Below, piece by piece: positions 1 to 15,679 of a stretch of DNA of 64,000 nt. The position numbers and the translations under genes were made by a program. Within the stretch, counting starts at the first letter, position 1. Every line of letters begins with the position of its first letter. The DNA comes from Octopus vulgaris (taxonomy: Eukaryota), in contig OX597830.1 in NCBI GenBank assembly GCA_951406725.2, positions 30,752,001 to 30,816,000 on the forward strand. The letters run 5' to 3'. Under the pieces are notes generated by a model that did no database searches, was not told the origin of the DNA, and saw only the letters and a list, made by a program, of their open reading frames with translations.

Positions 1-139
1 GCCATGAGTGACCCCTCTTTTTTGCCTGTCCTTCTAATTGTTTCCATTGTCCGCCTTTGTGTCGTCTATCTGTCCGAACGTTTTAATGTCCTCTACTGCG
101 TTTTTGCTCAATATATATATATATATGCAAGTGTGTATG

Positions 140-210
<71 letters not shown>

Positions 211-444
211 TTGGAGGCAATTTTCGGTATTATTTATTTACCAAGAAATTTTTTTCCAATCTCCTGTTTTGAAATGCAATTTCTCTGCAAATATTATTTT
301 ACGGTATTTTTCAACATTTATGCATGCTTCATCTTCACACAATAACAACATATACTCACAATTATCAAGTATTTAGATACACAGATGCGCCTCACGAGGA
401 CTCCGCCTGAATTGTAGCCCTGTCTACATATTATATACACTATA

Positions 445-649
445 CGAAGAGGTGTTGAAAAGTTCCAGGCATTAAGGGTACCGCAAAAGGCCTGGCTGGA
501 GGCCCAACCTTTCGAGGTCTTTTACAAGACGTTAAACGACCGCTGCCATAAGTGTGTGAATCTGAGGGGAGAATATGCTCAATAAAATCTTAACTGCTCC
601 TCCTGTATTTTCATTTACCCGAAGCCAGGAACTATTCAGCACCCCCTCG
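445..649 (+). mobile_element. mariner-derived MITE (internal deletion derivative)
   Basis: TA-flanked imperfect TIRs (cgaagaggtgttgaaaagttcc ... ggaactattcagcaccccctcg). The internal remnant translates to RCHKCVNLRGEYAQ*, resembling a mariner transposase C-terminus. A second copy lies at 59834-60053. Confidence 0.75.
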
Positions 650-678
650 TACTCATGGGATATATGCATATATACATA

Positions 679-1942
679 CAGAGGTTGGAGAAAATAATGG
701 AAGCACCTTCAAATTTCAAACATATTTTTAGTTTAATATGGAGTAGGACCGACTTTGGCAGTAATTACAGCTTTAATTCTACTAGCTATGGACTCGTACA
801 AAGTTTGAATTGTTTCCAAAGGAATTTTTGTCCACTTTTCAGCTAAAAGAGTTTCCAGTTTTTGTAGTGATGATGGTGGAGTATATCGACTCCTTACTTT
901 TTTTCTAAAATGCACGATAAATGTTCAATAGTATTGAGGTCTGGGGACTGTGGTGACCAGATAAGATGTTCATCTTCACTACAATATATACCACGTGCCA
1001 TTCAGTAATACCTTTAGCCGTGTGAATTGGTGTAATATCATCCTAAAAGATTGTGTTTCCCTCCGGAAACAGTTCCGCAACAATAGGATGAAATGGATAA
1101 GATAAAATGCTTAAATAGTCTTGACTATTAATTCTGCCATGAAGGGAAACCACTGGGTCGGCAGATTTCCAAAATATAGCACCTTCACCCCACCCCAGAT
1201 CATTACAGATCCTCCTCCATGTTTAACAGTTCGAAGAAGGTAGTCTAGATCAAATGCTTCTTTTGGCTGTCTCCACACGTATACTCATCCGGTGGTCGGA
1301 AATAAGGTAAAAGATGACTCATCTGAGAAAATAGCATTCTTCCACTGCTCTATGAACCAATTCTGTAGGTTTTTACTCCACTCTAAACGCTTTGCAACGT
1401 TTGGTTTTGAAAGAAGTGGTTTTCTGATTGCAGCCCTCCCGAGAAATCAAGCTTTGTGCAGCTCCTGGCGAACTGTTTTTGTGGAAACTGGGTTCTCGAG
1501 GTGGTCATTAAGTTCTGCACTAATTCTGGGATCTGTACTTTTGTGATCCTTTCTAACAATTTGAAAGTTTTGGGTTTCTTCTGGAGTTTTGTTTCGACAG
1601 GGAGGTTCTTCCCTCTTTCTCAAAGGCTGTCATTACTTTAGAGACAGTACTTCTTGATACACCAAACATTTGGGTTGCTTTCATTGCGCTAGCGCTTGCC
1701 ATACAAGCGCCAACAATTGAACCTCTTTGAAAGTCAGATAGATCTGTCATTTTAATGAATTTGAATTACCTTTTTCTGATGATATCTGAAAAGAAACAGC
1801 AATTTTAACAAAACATATTAAGCAACACTAATAATAAATAAAAAAACATAAAAATAAACAAGCTTTTTACGGTTTTATAGATATTTCAAAATTATGATGC
1901 TATAATAATGCTAGGTGTTCCCATTATTTTGTCCAACCCCTG
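679..1942 (-). mobile_element. Tc1-like DNA transposon, full-length but decayed (DD36E-type)
   Basis: 30-bp TIRs match at 26/30 (cagaggttggagaaaataatggaagcacct vs caggggttggacaaaataatgggaacacct). TA lies on both sides (677-678, 1943-1944). The interior is a broken transposase homologous to the copy at 37963-39199. Confidence 0.93.
733..1750 (-). pseudogene. Tc1-family transposase pseudogene
   Basis: N-terminal HTH-like segment MTDLSDFQRGSIVGACMASAS, SPDLNTIEHL motif and C-terminus LYESIASRIKAVITAKVGPTPY are present, interrupted by stops and frameshifts. Confidence 0.9.
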
Positions 1943-2069
1943 TATATTATGAATAAACATACCTTACCCAGCAGTCACAAGCAAGTATGACATGGTGACT
2001 TGTATTATATTTTGGCTAATTACTTTAGGAAGCTATCTAGTCATAAGCAAACGTAGGTACCCTCTTGGT

Positions 2070-2200
2070 GTTCTCGCCTTGAAACCAACAGTCAGCTGGT
2101 ACTCACTTGCGCTTGAATGGACTTGATGCAACAGGAAATACCGTGCCTTACTTAAGGACAATGTGCTACTCGGCACTGGGATCGAATCGCCAACATGGAA
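2070..2200 (-). mobile_element. degenerate fragment of tRNA-headed SINE family D
   Basis: Reverse complement shows a B-box-like gattcgatcccagt followed by ttgtccttaagtaaggcac...gttgcatcaagtccattcaa, similar to 59262-59520. Confidence 0.45.
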
Positions 2201-2650
2201 GTCAAATTAACGATTTAAAAAGGGATTAATGAAAATATACATACCAACACACGCTTATGTATGAAGTAAATCTTCGTTTACAAACAGCCGCTTATCAATT
2301 CAATCCATACATACAGGCATACGTATGTACATATGTGCATGTGTGTGAGCGTATGTATCTGTATACATGCACACAAGTATACATATTTATATATATGATA
2401 CATATCTATATATGTATGTACATACATATATGTACACACATATTTATATATGTATGTATATGTATGTATGCATATAGTTAGATAGATAGATAGATAGGTA
2501 GATAGATAGATAGATATATAGATAGACAGACAGATAGATAGGTAGATCTATTGGTATGTATGTGTATGTATACATGCACACATACATGCTCTCATCCATT
2601 CATGCATTCAAATATACATAGATACATACATATATCCATGTATATATATA

Positions 2651-2710
<60 letters not shown>

Positions 2711-3343
2711 CATACATACATACATACATACATACATACATACATACATACATACATACATACATACATACATACATGCATGCATATATAAATACTTACA
2801 CTTATGTATGGCCTTTTTGGATGTATATTTAAATGTATTTCTGGACAGATACATATCTTTCAGCTGCCCTCATCTTTTTCTTTTCCTTTTATTTATTTAT
2901 TTATTTAGTTATTGCAAAAGTTTACCGTTTCTGAACTCTGTTCCACCCTATTGCAATGCTGGTACCTTGTTGTTTCTATGTATCTAAGAAGTTGTGTGCC
3001 GATAACGTAACCAAAAATTGCTCACCAAATATCAAACTATCAAAATATCAGAATATCAAATATCAAATCGGAAATTCAAACGACCTAATAGCCAAACAGC
3101 GCCAATCGCCTTCCATTAATCTGTTCGTTTGTTGGGTGTTTCAGTTTTCGCAATGAATAGACGTGTTGTAAAGTCAGCTATCACGGCCTAACATTTGGAC
3201 CTCAAGCGCTTCCTTGTAGACTGCCGAACAGACTCTCAGCCGAGTGTTTGAGTACTGGTGGCGACATTGGAGTGAAGGGAGATAATACATACATACGTTG
3301 CATGTATACACATAATATGTGTGTGTATATGAATGTGTTTATG

Positions 3344-3399
<56 letters not shown>

Positions 3400-3438
3400 C
3401 ATATATATAATGCATATATATATACATAAATATATATA

Positions 3439-3510
<72 letters not shown>

Positions 3511-4179
3511 CATACCTACATATATATATGTATATATATATATATACATGTATGTATGTTTATATATATAAGATGTATACATTTATTGAAATATGCATAC
3601 ATACATTCATACATGCATATCTGTTTGGGTGGGTGTATATATATACATGTATATTTGTAAACAAATGCAGAGATATATAGATTTCACCCGTTTTCTAACG
3701 AAGAGTGTGAAGGAATGATTCAACGACTGTAACAGAAAATAACTTAAACATTCAGACTATAGGGCTTGGTTTATTTACATACAATATTTATTTATATATG
3801 TGTCTGTGTATATATATATATACAGACATATGTTTGTGTGTGTGTGTATGTGCGTGCGTGCGTGTGTGTGCGTGTGCGTGTGTGTGTGTGTACAGACTGA
3901 CAGACAACAAGTAGTATTTCGTTTGCTTATTTTCATGCCCGGTACTTATTCCGTCCGTTTCATTTGCCGTAGCGCTAAGTTATGGTGGCGTAAACAAGCC
4001 AACACTATAAACGAAAAAGCTAACACACGTACGTACACACACGCATACACAAACACATGCATACGCGCACACGTGCACACACACATGCACACATACTGAA
4101 TTATATGTATGTATCTATTTGTGTGCCTATCTGTGTGGGAATGAATAGGTGTGTGTGTGAATAGGTGTGTGTGTGAATA

Positions 4180-4215
<36 letters not shown>

Positions 4216-4249
4216 TGTGTATGACTATAGATTAATTTGGTGGGTTTTT

Positions 4250-4460
4250 TTTTTTTTGATGTTGCATAGCACCAATTCAGCTCTCGTAGCTAAAAGGGTT
4301 CCAGTCGTGACCATCCCGTCTTTCGGAAAGGTATCAAGAACTATATTATGTAATGTGACCTCTGCTTCTCATTTTCATCTTTCTTTTTCTTTGAAGGCTT
4401 CATTGAAGAATATTGCTTGGAGGAGACATTTAGCTGCTATTTCTAACATATCAGATTGTT
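4250..4460 (-). repeat. unclassified dispersed repeat family E
   Basis: Shares cgtagctaaaagggttccagtcgtgac with 5860-5930. Related motifs (ctagaaatagcagccaaa ... gggatggtcacggctggaa) recur at ~17565-17720, 27180-27295, 33695-33870, 45175-45420 and 54040-54135. Confidence 0.55.
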
Positions 4461-4763
4461 GATTCTTTAATGAATTAATGAATTTAAGAATTGTGTTATA
4501 ATTTACTCCTTCTCTCTTTCTCTCTCGCTCTGTCTCTATCTCTATCTCTCTCTCTCAAATACACACTCTCTTTCTCTCTCTCTCTCTGAAATACACACCC
4601 TCTCTCTCTTTCTCTTTCTCTCTCTCTCTCTCAAATGCACACCCTCTCTCTCTTTCTCTCTCTCTCAAACACACACACAAACACTCTCTACTCCCTCTGC
4701 TCTATCTATCTATCTCACTCTCCTTTATCCTTTCTCACTCACTGGAGCAGAAATCCTTTGGGG

Positions 4764-5628
<865 letters not shown>

Positions 5629-6210
5629 TTAGAGACAGAGAGACAAAGGGGTGGAATTGGTTATATATTGTTTAAATATGGTGGTAAACTGGATTGAAAC
5701 CGGATTCACGTGACACTTATTCCACAGACCTCCGTGTGAGAAAATGAAATATCTGGCAGATCAGCTTCAAATGTCATAAACACAGGATCGATTTTAAACG
5801 TTGCAAAATATTTGAAGTTGTTATTTTTGTTAATTAGGTAGATTTTTTTCTATTTTTTTTTTTCATAGCACAAGTTCAGCTCTGATTGTGCAGAACTATG
5901 GTCGTAGCTAAAAGGGTTCCAGTCGTGACATGAGCGATGGCCAGAAAAATATTGATAACCAACTAATCTAGCAAGTGGGGCCTAATATCAGTAAGGGTGG
6001 AGGGCGGTGCGCATTGATGCCGTGGAGAGGTAGGCCCCGAAACGGCGCACATTCTCTCCTGATGACCTCATACACTTGTCGGCTTCTGATATACGGAGCT
6101 TTCGACAGGTAGCACTTGCATGTGCAAGTTGTTTGCAAATCATTTAATTCGGAAATCAGTTTTGTCTTAGAAGACCATTAATCAAAAACTGTTCCGTGAT
6201 CATCCTGTTT

Positions 6211-6419
6211 TTCTCTTTTACTTGTTTCAGTCATTTGACTGCGGCCATGCTGGAGCACCGCCTTTCGTCGAGCAAATCGACCCCAGGGCTTATATTTCGT
6301 AAGCCTAATACTCATTCTATCGGTCTCTTTTGCCGAACTGCTACGTTACGGGGACGTAAACACACCAGCATCGGTTATCAAACGATGTTGGGAGGACAAA
6401 CACAGACGCAAACATATAA

Positions 6420-6494
<75 letters not shown>

Positions 6495-6657
6495 TACGAC
6501 GGGCTTCTTTCAGTTTCCGTCAACCAAATCTACTCACAAACTTTGGTCGGCCCCAGGCTATAGTAGAAGACACTTTGCCATAGTGCCACGCAGTGGACTG
6601 AACCCGGAACCATGTGGTTGGTAAGCAAGCTACTTACCACACAGCCACTCCTATGCC
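6211..6657 (-). mobile_element. SINE family A
   Basis: Full-length reverse-complement copy with head, internal (CA)n(TA)n and tail. Confidence 0.88.
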
Positions 6658-6941
6658 TAGGAGTATGTAGGCACTTTAGTTTTGAATCGTTGGCTTACGA
6701 AAGGCTTCATGAGTAAAAGCTACCTAACTATTTTACAGATAAGAAGATAATATTTCGAACGAAGCACACCCTTGAAAACAGCAGAAAGATTAGGTATATT
6801 GCCCTTATAAGACGGAAAAGGTTGTCAGCAGACAGCCACGGGACTCGAACCTGCGTCTCTCTTTTTTAAACTGCATGCAATTTTAAGGCACTGGGCCTGT
6901 TTGTCCCGGGGACATGTCCGACATGCCTCTCAAGCATCTTC

Positions 6942-6972
<31 letters not shown>

Positions 6973-7320
6973 GTAATTTCTTTATTGACCAGAAGGATAA
7001 CAAAGAGAAAATTTTAAAAAAGGAAACAGAATCTACTGTGATATTATTTACGGGTGGCTACCCAAGCATTCAGTCGGTTGTATTTGTTATACTGATTTGC
7101 TAGACCGGAACAGTGTATTGCTATCATCCTCCTCCTCATCATCATCATCATTAACGACAACAACAAGAACCGCAGCAGAAGTAGCATCAACTACAATGGT
7201 TAATATAGGCAAGCAGCAACAAGTCAGACGAATGACAGTGACAGCTGTAACAAAAACATTTCGAATTTGCTCAGATATAAATAAAAATATGAAAAGTAAA
7301 AAAAATGAATGAGAAACACC

Positions 7321-7385
<65 letters not shown>

Positions 7386-7435
7386 ATTTCAGGATGGTAA
7401 TTTTATTTATTTATTTATTTTGCAAATAAACACAC

Positions 7436-7494
<59 letters not shown>

Positions 7495-7516
7495 CATATA
7501 TATATATATATATATA

Positions 7517-7764
<248 letters not shown>

Positions 7765-8249
7765 GAAACAGACGCAAACTCGCTAGTTCAAGAAATGGAA
7801 ATATTACACTAAAAATGATTTGGTCCCAGTAAAGAAAAATAACATCGCCTACAGAAAAGCGAACATATTTATACACATACACATATACACACATACTCAC
7901 ACATATATACTTACAAAAGTACATGCATATATATATACACGCATAAAACCCTGCATAAAAATGCATCCGAACACACATTCATGCGTGCATGCTTATATGC
8001 ACATGGGCCACATCCACCCGCCCAGACAGACATCCACGCACACATAGGTAACAAAGGCGTGCGTAAGCGCATATACATACAATCACACACATACATATAC
8101 ACTCACACACACACACACACACATACACACACACACACACATGCACACACATATTCACCAGCATTTATGTATAATGTATTATGCATTTTGTCCGACGCGC
8201 TAACGGTTCTACTCGTTCACCAATTTTCAGGATCTTCACGTTCCGAGAG

Positions 8250-8400
8250 AAGGCGCTTGGCTTAGTGGTTATGCTATTCGGCTGAACGATCGTAAGAGTA
8301 TGAGTTCGATTCCTGGTGGTACGTTGTGTCTTTGAACAAAACACTCTATTTCGTGTGGCTCCAGTCTACTAAGATGCCAAACAATGAGTTGTAACTGTGA
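8250..8400 (+). mobile_element. SINE family D, 5' part
   Basis: ggcgcttggcttagtggtta (A box) ... gagttcgattcctgg (B box) ... gtgtctttgaacaaaacac, matching 59262-59520. Confidence 0.65.
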
Positions 8401-8597
8401 CTCAAAGACGATCTCGGTGGAATTTGTACTCTGAGCGAAAAGCCGGTTGAAATGCTGCGAAGCGTTTTATCCGGCGTGGCAATGATTCTTCCAACTCACC
8501 TCCGTAAAATATAATGAAATAATGCTTAGGAAAGGGATGCGAGTTGTTGAGAAAAACTGAGATGAAGGATAAGTAGATAATAAATATGAGTTTGATG

Positions 8598-8651
8598 GCA
8601 GAACAGAAAGAAAGAAAAAAAGAAAGAGAAAGGAAGGAAGGAAGGAAGGAA

Positions 8652-8693
<42 letters not shown>

Positions 8694-9067
8694 AAAAGAA
8701 AAAGAAAGAGAGAAAGAAAGATAGAAAGAATGAAAGGAAAAAATAAAATGAGGAAAAAGAAACAAACAAAAGAAAAAAGGAAGAGAACGGAAAAGAAGAA
8801 AAAGAAAAAAGATAAGAAACAAACAGAGAAAGAAAGAAACAATAACAAAAGGAAGAGGAAGAAGTAAAAAAGAGGAGAAAGTAAGAAAAAAAGAAAGAAA
8901 AAAGAGAAAGAAAGAAAGAAAAATGAAGAAAACAAACAAGCAAAAGGATAAAGGAAGAGAAACAAAGAAAAGAAAGAGGAAAGAAACAAACAAACAAACA
9001 AACAAAAGAAAAGGGAAGAAAAGGATATAAAAAAGAGGTGAAAGAAAGAAAGAAAGAAAGGAAGAAA

Positions 9068-9127
<60 letters not shown>

Positions 9128-9130
9128 GAG
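8598..9130. repeat. polypurine low-complexity tract (GAAA/GAAG)n
   Basis: About 530 bp almost entirely A/G on the + strand. Confidence 0.9.
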
Positions 9131-9336
9131 TTTAGGAGAGGTGTATAGTTATGATAGAGCTGCAGAAGAAGAATACAGAAATTAGAGGAGAAAGAAAATA
9201 GCTGAAAGCAAAGAGAGAATATAGAGGTAGAGATTTTCGAAGGAAAAGAAAGGAAGCTGTTTTAGAAGTAAAGAAGAGGAGGAGGGAGAAGAGAAAGAAT
9301 TGTAAATATAAGACAGGTGATAGAAGATATTATCTG

Positions 9337-9398
<62 letters not shown>

Positions 9399-9399
9399 T

Positions 9400-9432
<33 letters not shown>

Positions 9433-9463
9433 GACACATAATAATAATATAAAAAATATATAA

Positions 9464-9818
9464 TATTTGCTTTGCGGGAAGGACTGTTTCAACGAAGTCG
9501 CGTCTTGTCCTTACCTTCGTAACTCGGAGTAGATGAAACAGGGACAACTGAAGAAGGGGATTATTCCTTGTGTTGTATGTTTTGTACTCTGTCTTTTTCG
9601 TTGTTTGAAAAAATGTTCGTTTCTATGTTTTTGTTTTTATGTTTTCGTTTCTCATTATGTTTCACGTTTTTATTGATGTCCTGTACCCATATATGCATGC
9701 ATATATACATATATATGTAGGTATGTACATATATGTATGTATATATGCATATATTTATATATTATTTATATTATTATATGATCGACCGCTACGCATCCTT
9801 TTCCAAGTACGTTTTCTT
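9464..9818. mobile_element. copy of the ~790-bp tandem-unit element (see 60691-61666)
   Basis: Aligns to 61349-61666, then continues into sequence matching 60865-60905. Confidence 0.7.
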
Positions 9819-9850
9819 ATATATATATATGAAGGTATGTATGTATAAGA

Positions 9851-9916
<66 letters not shown>

Positions 9917-10171
9917 ATTTTTGTGTAATGAGAGAAAAAAACCAAGGCTGTGTAGATAGAGCATTTATAGATAGAAGGTCTTACAGCTGTTTCCAGGATA
10001 TTTATTCATTATATCTCTTTATCGGAGACAGTGTGAGAGGATGGTCAAGTAATAGTTAATTTATATATATATATGTGTGTGTGTGTGTGTTATTTTTATA
10101 ATTTGTATATATTTATTTTATTATAAATGCAAAACAACAACACGGAGGAATCGACGTAAGCTTAAATAATA

Positions 10172-10254
10172 AACCACGATGAGTGAGCCGCGATAGGTAA
10201 ACCGTGATAGGTGAATCATGATAGGTGAACCGTGATAGGTGAACCGCGATATGG
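10172..10254. repeat. 14-bp minisatellite, ~6 units (aaccgtgataggtg)
   Basis: Units read directly: aaccacgatgagtg|agccgcgataggta|aaccgtgataggtg|aatcatgataggtg|aaccgtgataggtg|aaccgcgatatgg. Confidence 0.8.
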
Positions 10255-11336
10255 CAAGGGATTACTGTACAGACACAGAGAAGGAGAGACAGTGAGAGAG
10301 AAAGAAAGATAGATATACAGACAGACAAATAGACAGGCAGCCAGGTAGAATGACAAACAGACATATAGACAGGCAGACTGACGGTCAGAGAAATGAAGAT
10401 GAGGTGATGCGCAGTAAAGAGAGAAGGAACAGCGGGGAAAGTGGGGAAAGGGTAAAAAGAGATTTAAAAAAAGGGAAGGACACAGATAAAAAAAAAATGA
10501 GAGACGTGAAGACGAGATGCATACAGACATGTTGGTGGGTAGGGTAGGAGAAAATGAGATAAATACAGACAATAAAAGAGACAGGTGCGAGAGATGGATA
10601 GAGAGGAGAATACAGGTAAGAGATAAAAGAGTGAAAAGAAAACAACAGAGGAAGAATACTGGCATGAACTAGAGAGAAAGAAATTGAAAGAATGAAAGGG
10701 TGGTGGGAGGAGTTAGTACACAAAGACAGAGAAATAAGAGAGAGGGGGCAGGCAGATTTTTTAATTTCTTTATGAGCGAAAATTGGGGATGAGAGAAGGA
10801 AAAACAATTACTGTATGTATATATATATATGAGGGTGGTTTTGAGTATTGGAGGGATAATGAGAATAGGGTGGCAGGTTTAGGGGGCTAGTGTTAGGGAA
10901 AGTGTTAGACTTGCGGGGAGACGGGGATGCGAGTATTTATATTTATATATTATATATGCGTGAGTCAGAATCCCTTTAAATAAACTCCTACCCGAGTCAG
11001 AAAGAGAGAAAGAGGGAAGAGAAGGAGAAAGAGAGGTAGAGGGAAAGAGAGAAGACAGAAAGAAAGAGGCAGTGGGATTCCCACGGCATATATGAGTCGT
11101 TTACTTAGTAACACAAACCGAGGCTAACAAGCCATTCATCCATACATACATGCATACATCTATGCATACATACACACACACACATCCATGCATACACACA
11201 TACATACATACAAACATATATACACACACATACATGCATACATAAATACTAACATACATACACGCACACACACATACATACATTACATTCTCGCTACGTA
11301 TACTCATTAATATTTGAAAATACAGAAAATTAGATT

Positions 11337-11710
11337 AATAGGTGTGGTTCTGTAGTAGGAAGTTTGCTTACCAATCACGTGGTCACGGGATCAATTCTGC
11401 TATAGCTTCGGGCCCACCAAAACCTTGTCAGTGGAACTCCTAGACGGAAATTGAAAGAAGCCCATTATGTGTGTGTGTGTGTGCTTGTGTGTGTGTGTGT
11501 CGGTGTTTCTGTCTATGTTAGACCCCAACAACAGCTAACAACCGGAGTTGGTTTGTTTATGTCAGTGTAACCTAGCGGTTCGACAAAAGAGACCTGTAGA
11601 ATAAGTACCTGGCTTTTAAAAGAAGTAGTGTGACGATATTTTCGACTAAAAGTTCTTCAGGGCGGTGCTCTAGCATGGCTGCAGTCTAATTACTGAAACA
11701 AATACAAGAT
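11337..11710 (+). mobile_element. SINE family A, older diverged copy
   Basis: Degenerate head, gacggaaattgaaagaagccc, (TG)n and tail ggcggtgctctagcatggctgcagtc. Confidence 0.75.
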
Positions 11711-11733
11711 ATAGATAAACAGATAGACAGACG

Positions 11734-11798
<65 letters not shown>

Positions 11799-13598
11799 CT
11801 CGAGGACTCAGATCCCACAACGATGGAACAAATACCACAACGTCACGTCCCGCTCACTAAAAATTCCGCCAATCCACCGTCCCTAGTTGGTACTTTAATT
11901 CATCGACACTTAAAGAATGACATACAAAGCTGACCGCAGTGAATTTGAACACAGAGTGCTAGAGTAAATGCGTCAAAGTATTTCCTCTCACGTCGCAACG
12001 ACGCTGCTAGGTGGCCGTGTATAATTAATTTTTTCAAGCACTTACCGTTGACTGAGCATGAGCTCTGAAAGTGACAATTGTATTTATATTATTATTTAGG
12101 TTTTGATCGTCTAAATTATTAATTTTTATTATTAATATTAGTATTAATCGATTCTAGGTCATTCTCCAAGATTATTAATATCGAGGTGCTTATTTTGATA
12201 CTTATATTTAGAGTCAATGGGTCTTTCTAAGATGGAAGTTAGTTTTTGCTAGTTGGGGAACTTACATTTGGTGAATATGGCGTATTAAACCGTGTGGACT
12301 TCCTTTCGCGTTTCCTTCTATTGGGTTCTGTGAGTCTGTGAATTTTTATAGTTTCTTTGAAACCACGTGATGCTAGTACATTAGTGTATGCATGTTTGTT
12401 ACTCTGTTAACAAATACTTCGTTGTGGGGGATTTCCAAAATTTATTCGCTCAAATTGAAGGGCTTATGTCTAAGACTCAGTGGTGTGAATTACTATCTCT
12501 CTGTCTATCTCTCTATCAGTCTTTCTTTCTTTCTTTCTCTCTCTCTCTCTCTCTCTTACTCTCTCTTTCTTTCTTCTTTATATGTATTTCTGCGTGCCTG
12601 AGAGGGGGTCTATGCTTGTGTATAACAGTATATCGAGTTGCATTCTTTCTTACTGATACGGTAACTTAGCAATTCAATAATTAGTCATATAAAATAAGTA
12701 GAAGGCAGACATAAGCAATGGGATCGACGCGTTCGACTAAAAGCCGTAAAGGCGGTGCTCCAGCATGGCCTCTGGTCTCCATCATTGGACGAAGACTAGT
12801 AAAGAATAAAAGAATATATGTATGCGTACAATGCAAGTATGTGTGTGTATGTATCTATTTATGTATGCAGGCAGAACAGTTAACAATTGGTTAACAAATG
12901 GTTAACAATTATGGCTTGGCAATCGCAGAAGCCTTGATTTCACAGCCCTGGCATATTAGGCTGGTGTTTTTTACCTTAGTCTCGACTCCATCCAAGCCTT
13001 GCGAGGGGAATTAGATTGAGGGAAACTGTAAGGAAGCGTGTAAGATTGATTGTAGTGGCAATTGAAAGGTTCAGTCTTATGAGTCTTCTCAACGCTGATT
13101 CTACCTTAGACTTACGTTAATGAAACTCGAGTTTGTGGTATACTCAACCACCTATACGCTACGTTAATTTGCTTGTAGCTCAGTTGATCGAACCACTAGA
13201 TACACATCGTCGAAACTGATGGAGGTCCACTTCATGTATGTATGTATATCTGCATATACGTATGTATGCGTGTATGTATGTATGCATGTATGTATACATG
13301 TATGAAGTGTGTATGTATGTTTGCATGTATGTTTGTATTATGCATGTATCTGTGTATGTAAGACCGTACCTGTAAGGTGAAAAGTAGAGACAGGGCAGAC
13401 AGACAGACAGTGGGAAAGACAGACAGACAGGTGGATGAACAGACAGGTAGACAGATAGACTGACACATAGGCAAGAAGACAAACAGATAGAAAGAGAGAG
13501 GGAGAGGGGAAAGAGCATGGGTCAGACAGACAGGCAGGCGGGCGGGCGGGCAAGCAGACAGACAGGCAGACAGATAGCAGACAGACAGGCAGACAGGC

Positions 13599-13638
<40 letters not shown>

Positions 13639-13698
13639 GGGGAGAGGGAGAGAGAGAAAGACAGACAAATAGACAGACAGACAGACAGATAGATAGAC

Positions 13699-13765
<67 letters not shown>

Positions 13766-13770
13766 CAGAC

Positions 13771-13850
<80 letters not shown>

Positions 13851-14861
13851 TGACAGACAGACAAACAGAAAGATAGACTGACACTGGAGCCTTCCTATTT
13901 GATATCAGACAACACAAAATTATCGATGTACGCTCGGAACTGCTGGGAACTTCCCTCGGTTTACATGAGCGAAAGAAGCATTAGGTTAAATAGATTAAGC
14001 AAATTGTCTCTTGATATTATGACAAACCATTGAAAAGCGCTTGATATGTCATCTGTTGAAGGCATTCTCGACGATGTGTTAGTAAACTTCAGTGGTTCGT
14101 CAAATGTATTTTAGAACAAAATTTCCACTTGATTAAAAGTACGCATGTGGAATTAGAAACGTTGTTTAATGTCACAGAAGAGATTTGCAGTGAAATGATT
14201 TGAACCCACGACATCAAATGAAACGCGGTTCTATCGATTGAATGCCACAAGTCCATTAGCTGATTATCGTGTAATTCCAAAAACTGATTAACTTGGTTTG
14301 ACGTATTTTGTGTTGCTTAATTATTTTCCTGTATTTATTGTTGTTGAATATACATCACATACATCTACCGTTGAAAATCTGGTTTCTGCATATCTAGATT
14401 ATATAAGATCAAACCGGAAGCCATCTGGATTCGGCCTCTACAAAGCTAATGACAAAATTAGGTCAAAATTGCAACTATACTTTTCTTTCTAGTTAGCCAA
14501 ACGCATACACACACACACACTTTCTCTCTTCCTCTCTCGCCTTCTCGCTCTTTCTCTAAGTCTTTTATCTCTCTTTCTTTCTCTCTCCCTCACTCTTTCT
14601 CTCTCTCATACACACACATATACATCTAAATATGAACATCATTGTTTTAACGTCTACTTTCACATGTTCGCGTGCATCAGACGGAACACATCGAAGCAGA
14701 TTTTCTCTGGCCAGATGTCATTACTGTCATCAACTCTCCTCTATTTTCGAATTTGGCATGTTTCACGGAAGGTTAGAAACGACTGACGCTCTTTTACAAC
14801 TATCACACGGTGTCAAGACATATATGCACCCACACACATGTATGTGTGTGTGTGTGTGTGT

Positions 14862-15152
14862 GGAGGCGCAATGGCACAGTGGTTAGGGCAGCGGACTCGC
14901 GGTTGTAGGATCGTGGTTTCGATTCCCAGACCGGACATTGTGAGTGTTTATTGAGCGAAAACACCTAAAGCTCCACGAGGCTCCGGCAGGGGGTGGTGGC
15001 GACCCCTGTTGTACTCTTTCGCTGCAACTTTCTCTCACACTTTCTTCTGTTGGCCTGCTCGCTTAGCCAACGGGGTGGCGTCATCGAAGTGCATTGTGAC
15101 CAGCGATGCGTAGCAACATCTGATAGTCTGATCGGTCACGTGATCACGTGAT
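14862..15152 (+). mobile_element. tRNA-headed SINE family C
   Basis: ggcgcaatggcacagtggttag (A box), ggtttcgattccc (B box), a GC-rich body and a short tandem tail cacgtgatcacgtgat. Only one copy is in the window. Confidence 0.65.
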
Positions 15153-15163
15153 ATCTATATGTA

Positions 15164-15218
<55 letters not shown>

Positions 15219-15264
15219 AGCCATATATAGACATGCGCCTTCATGTATGTATGTGTGAATGCGC

Positions 15265-15560
15265 ATGCCTCAGTGTTAGAGCGTTGGGCTCACAATAAAG
15301 AGGTAGTGAGTTTGATTCCAAGACTAGGCTATGTGTTGTTTTCTTGAGCAAGACACTTTATTTCACATTGCTCCAGTTCACTCAACTGTAGAAATGAGTT
15401 GCGCCATCACTGGTGCTAAACTGTACTGGCCTTTCCCTTGGATAACACCGGTGGCGTAGAAACGAGAGGCTGGTATGCCATAAACTAATTTGCCCGGACT
15501 TGTACCTTGGAGGGGAAATTTCTAGGAGCACTCCATTGGTCATTCATGACCGAAGGGTTT
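15265..15560 (+). mobile_element. SINE family D-related copy
   Basis: gagtttgattcca (B box) followed by ttcttgagcaagacactttatttcacattgctccagttcactcaactg, as in 59262-59520. Confidence 0.6.
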
Positions 15561-15679
15561 CTTTACTGTATGCATGTATGTATGTATGTATGTATGTATG
15601 TATGTATGTATGTATGTATGCATGTATGCATATATGTATTATGTAAATATGTCTCTCCTATTTTTTTAATTATAAATCT

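Noticed and set aside
6005-6110. GC-rich stretch with GAAAC and CTGATGA and several short complementary blocks
   Set aside because: Order and pairing do not give a hammerhead (no stem II, no NUH), and it is single-copy here.
6832-6860. tRNA T-arm-like motif (ggttcgagtccc on minus strand)
   Set aside because: No D-arm or acceptor stem. The SINE heads elsewhere are likewise tRNA-derived, not tRNA genes.
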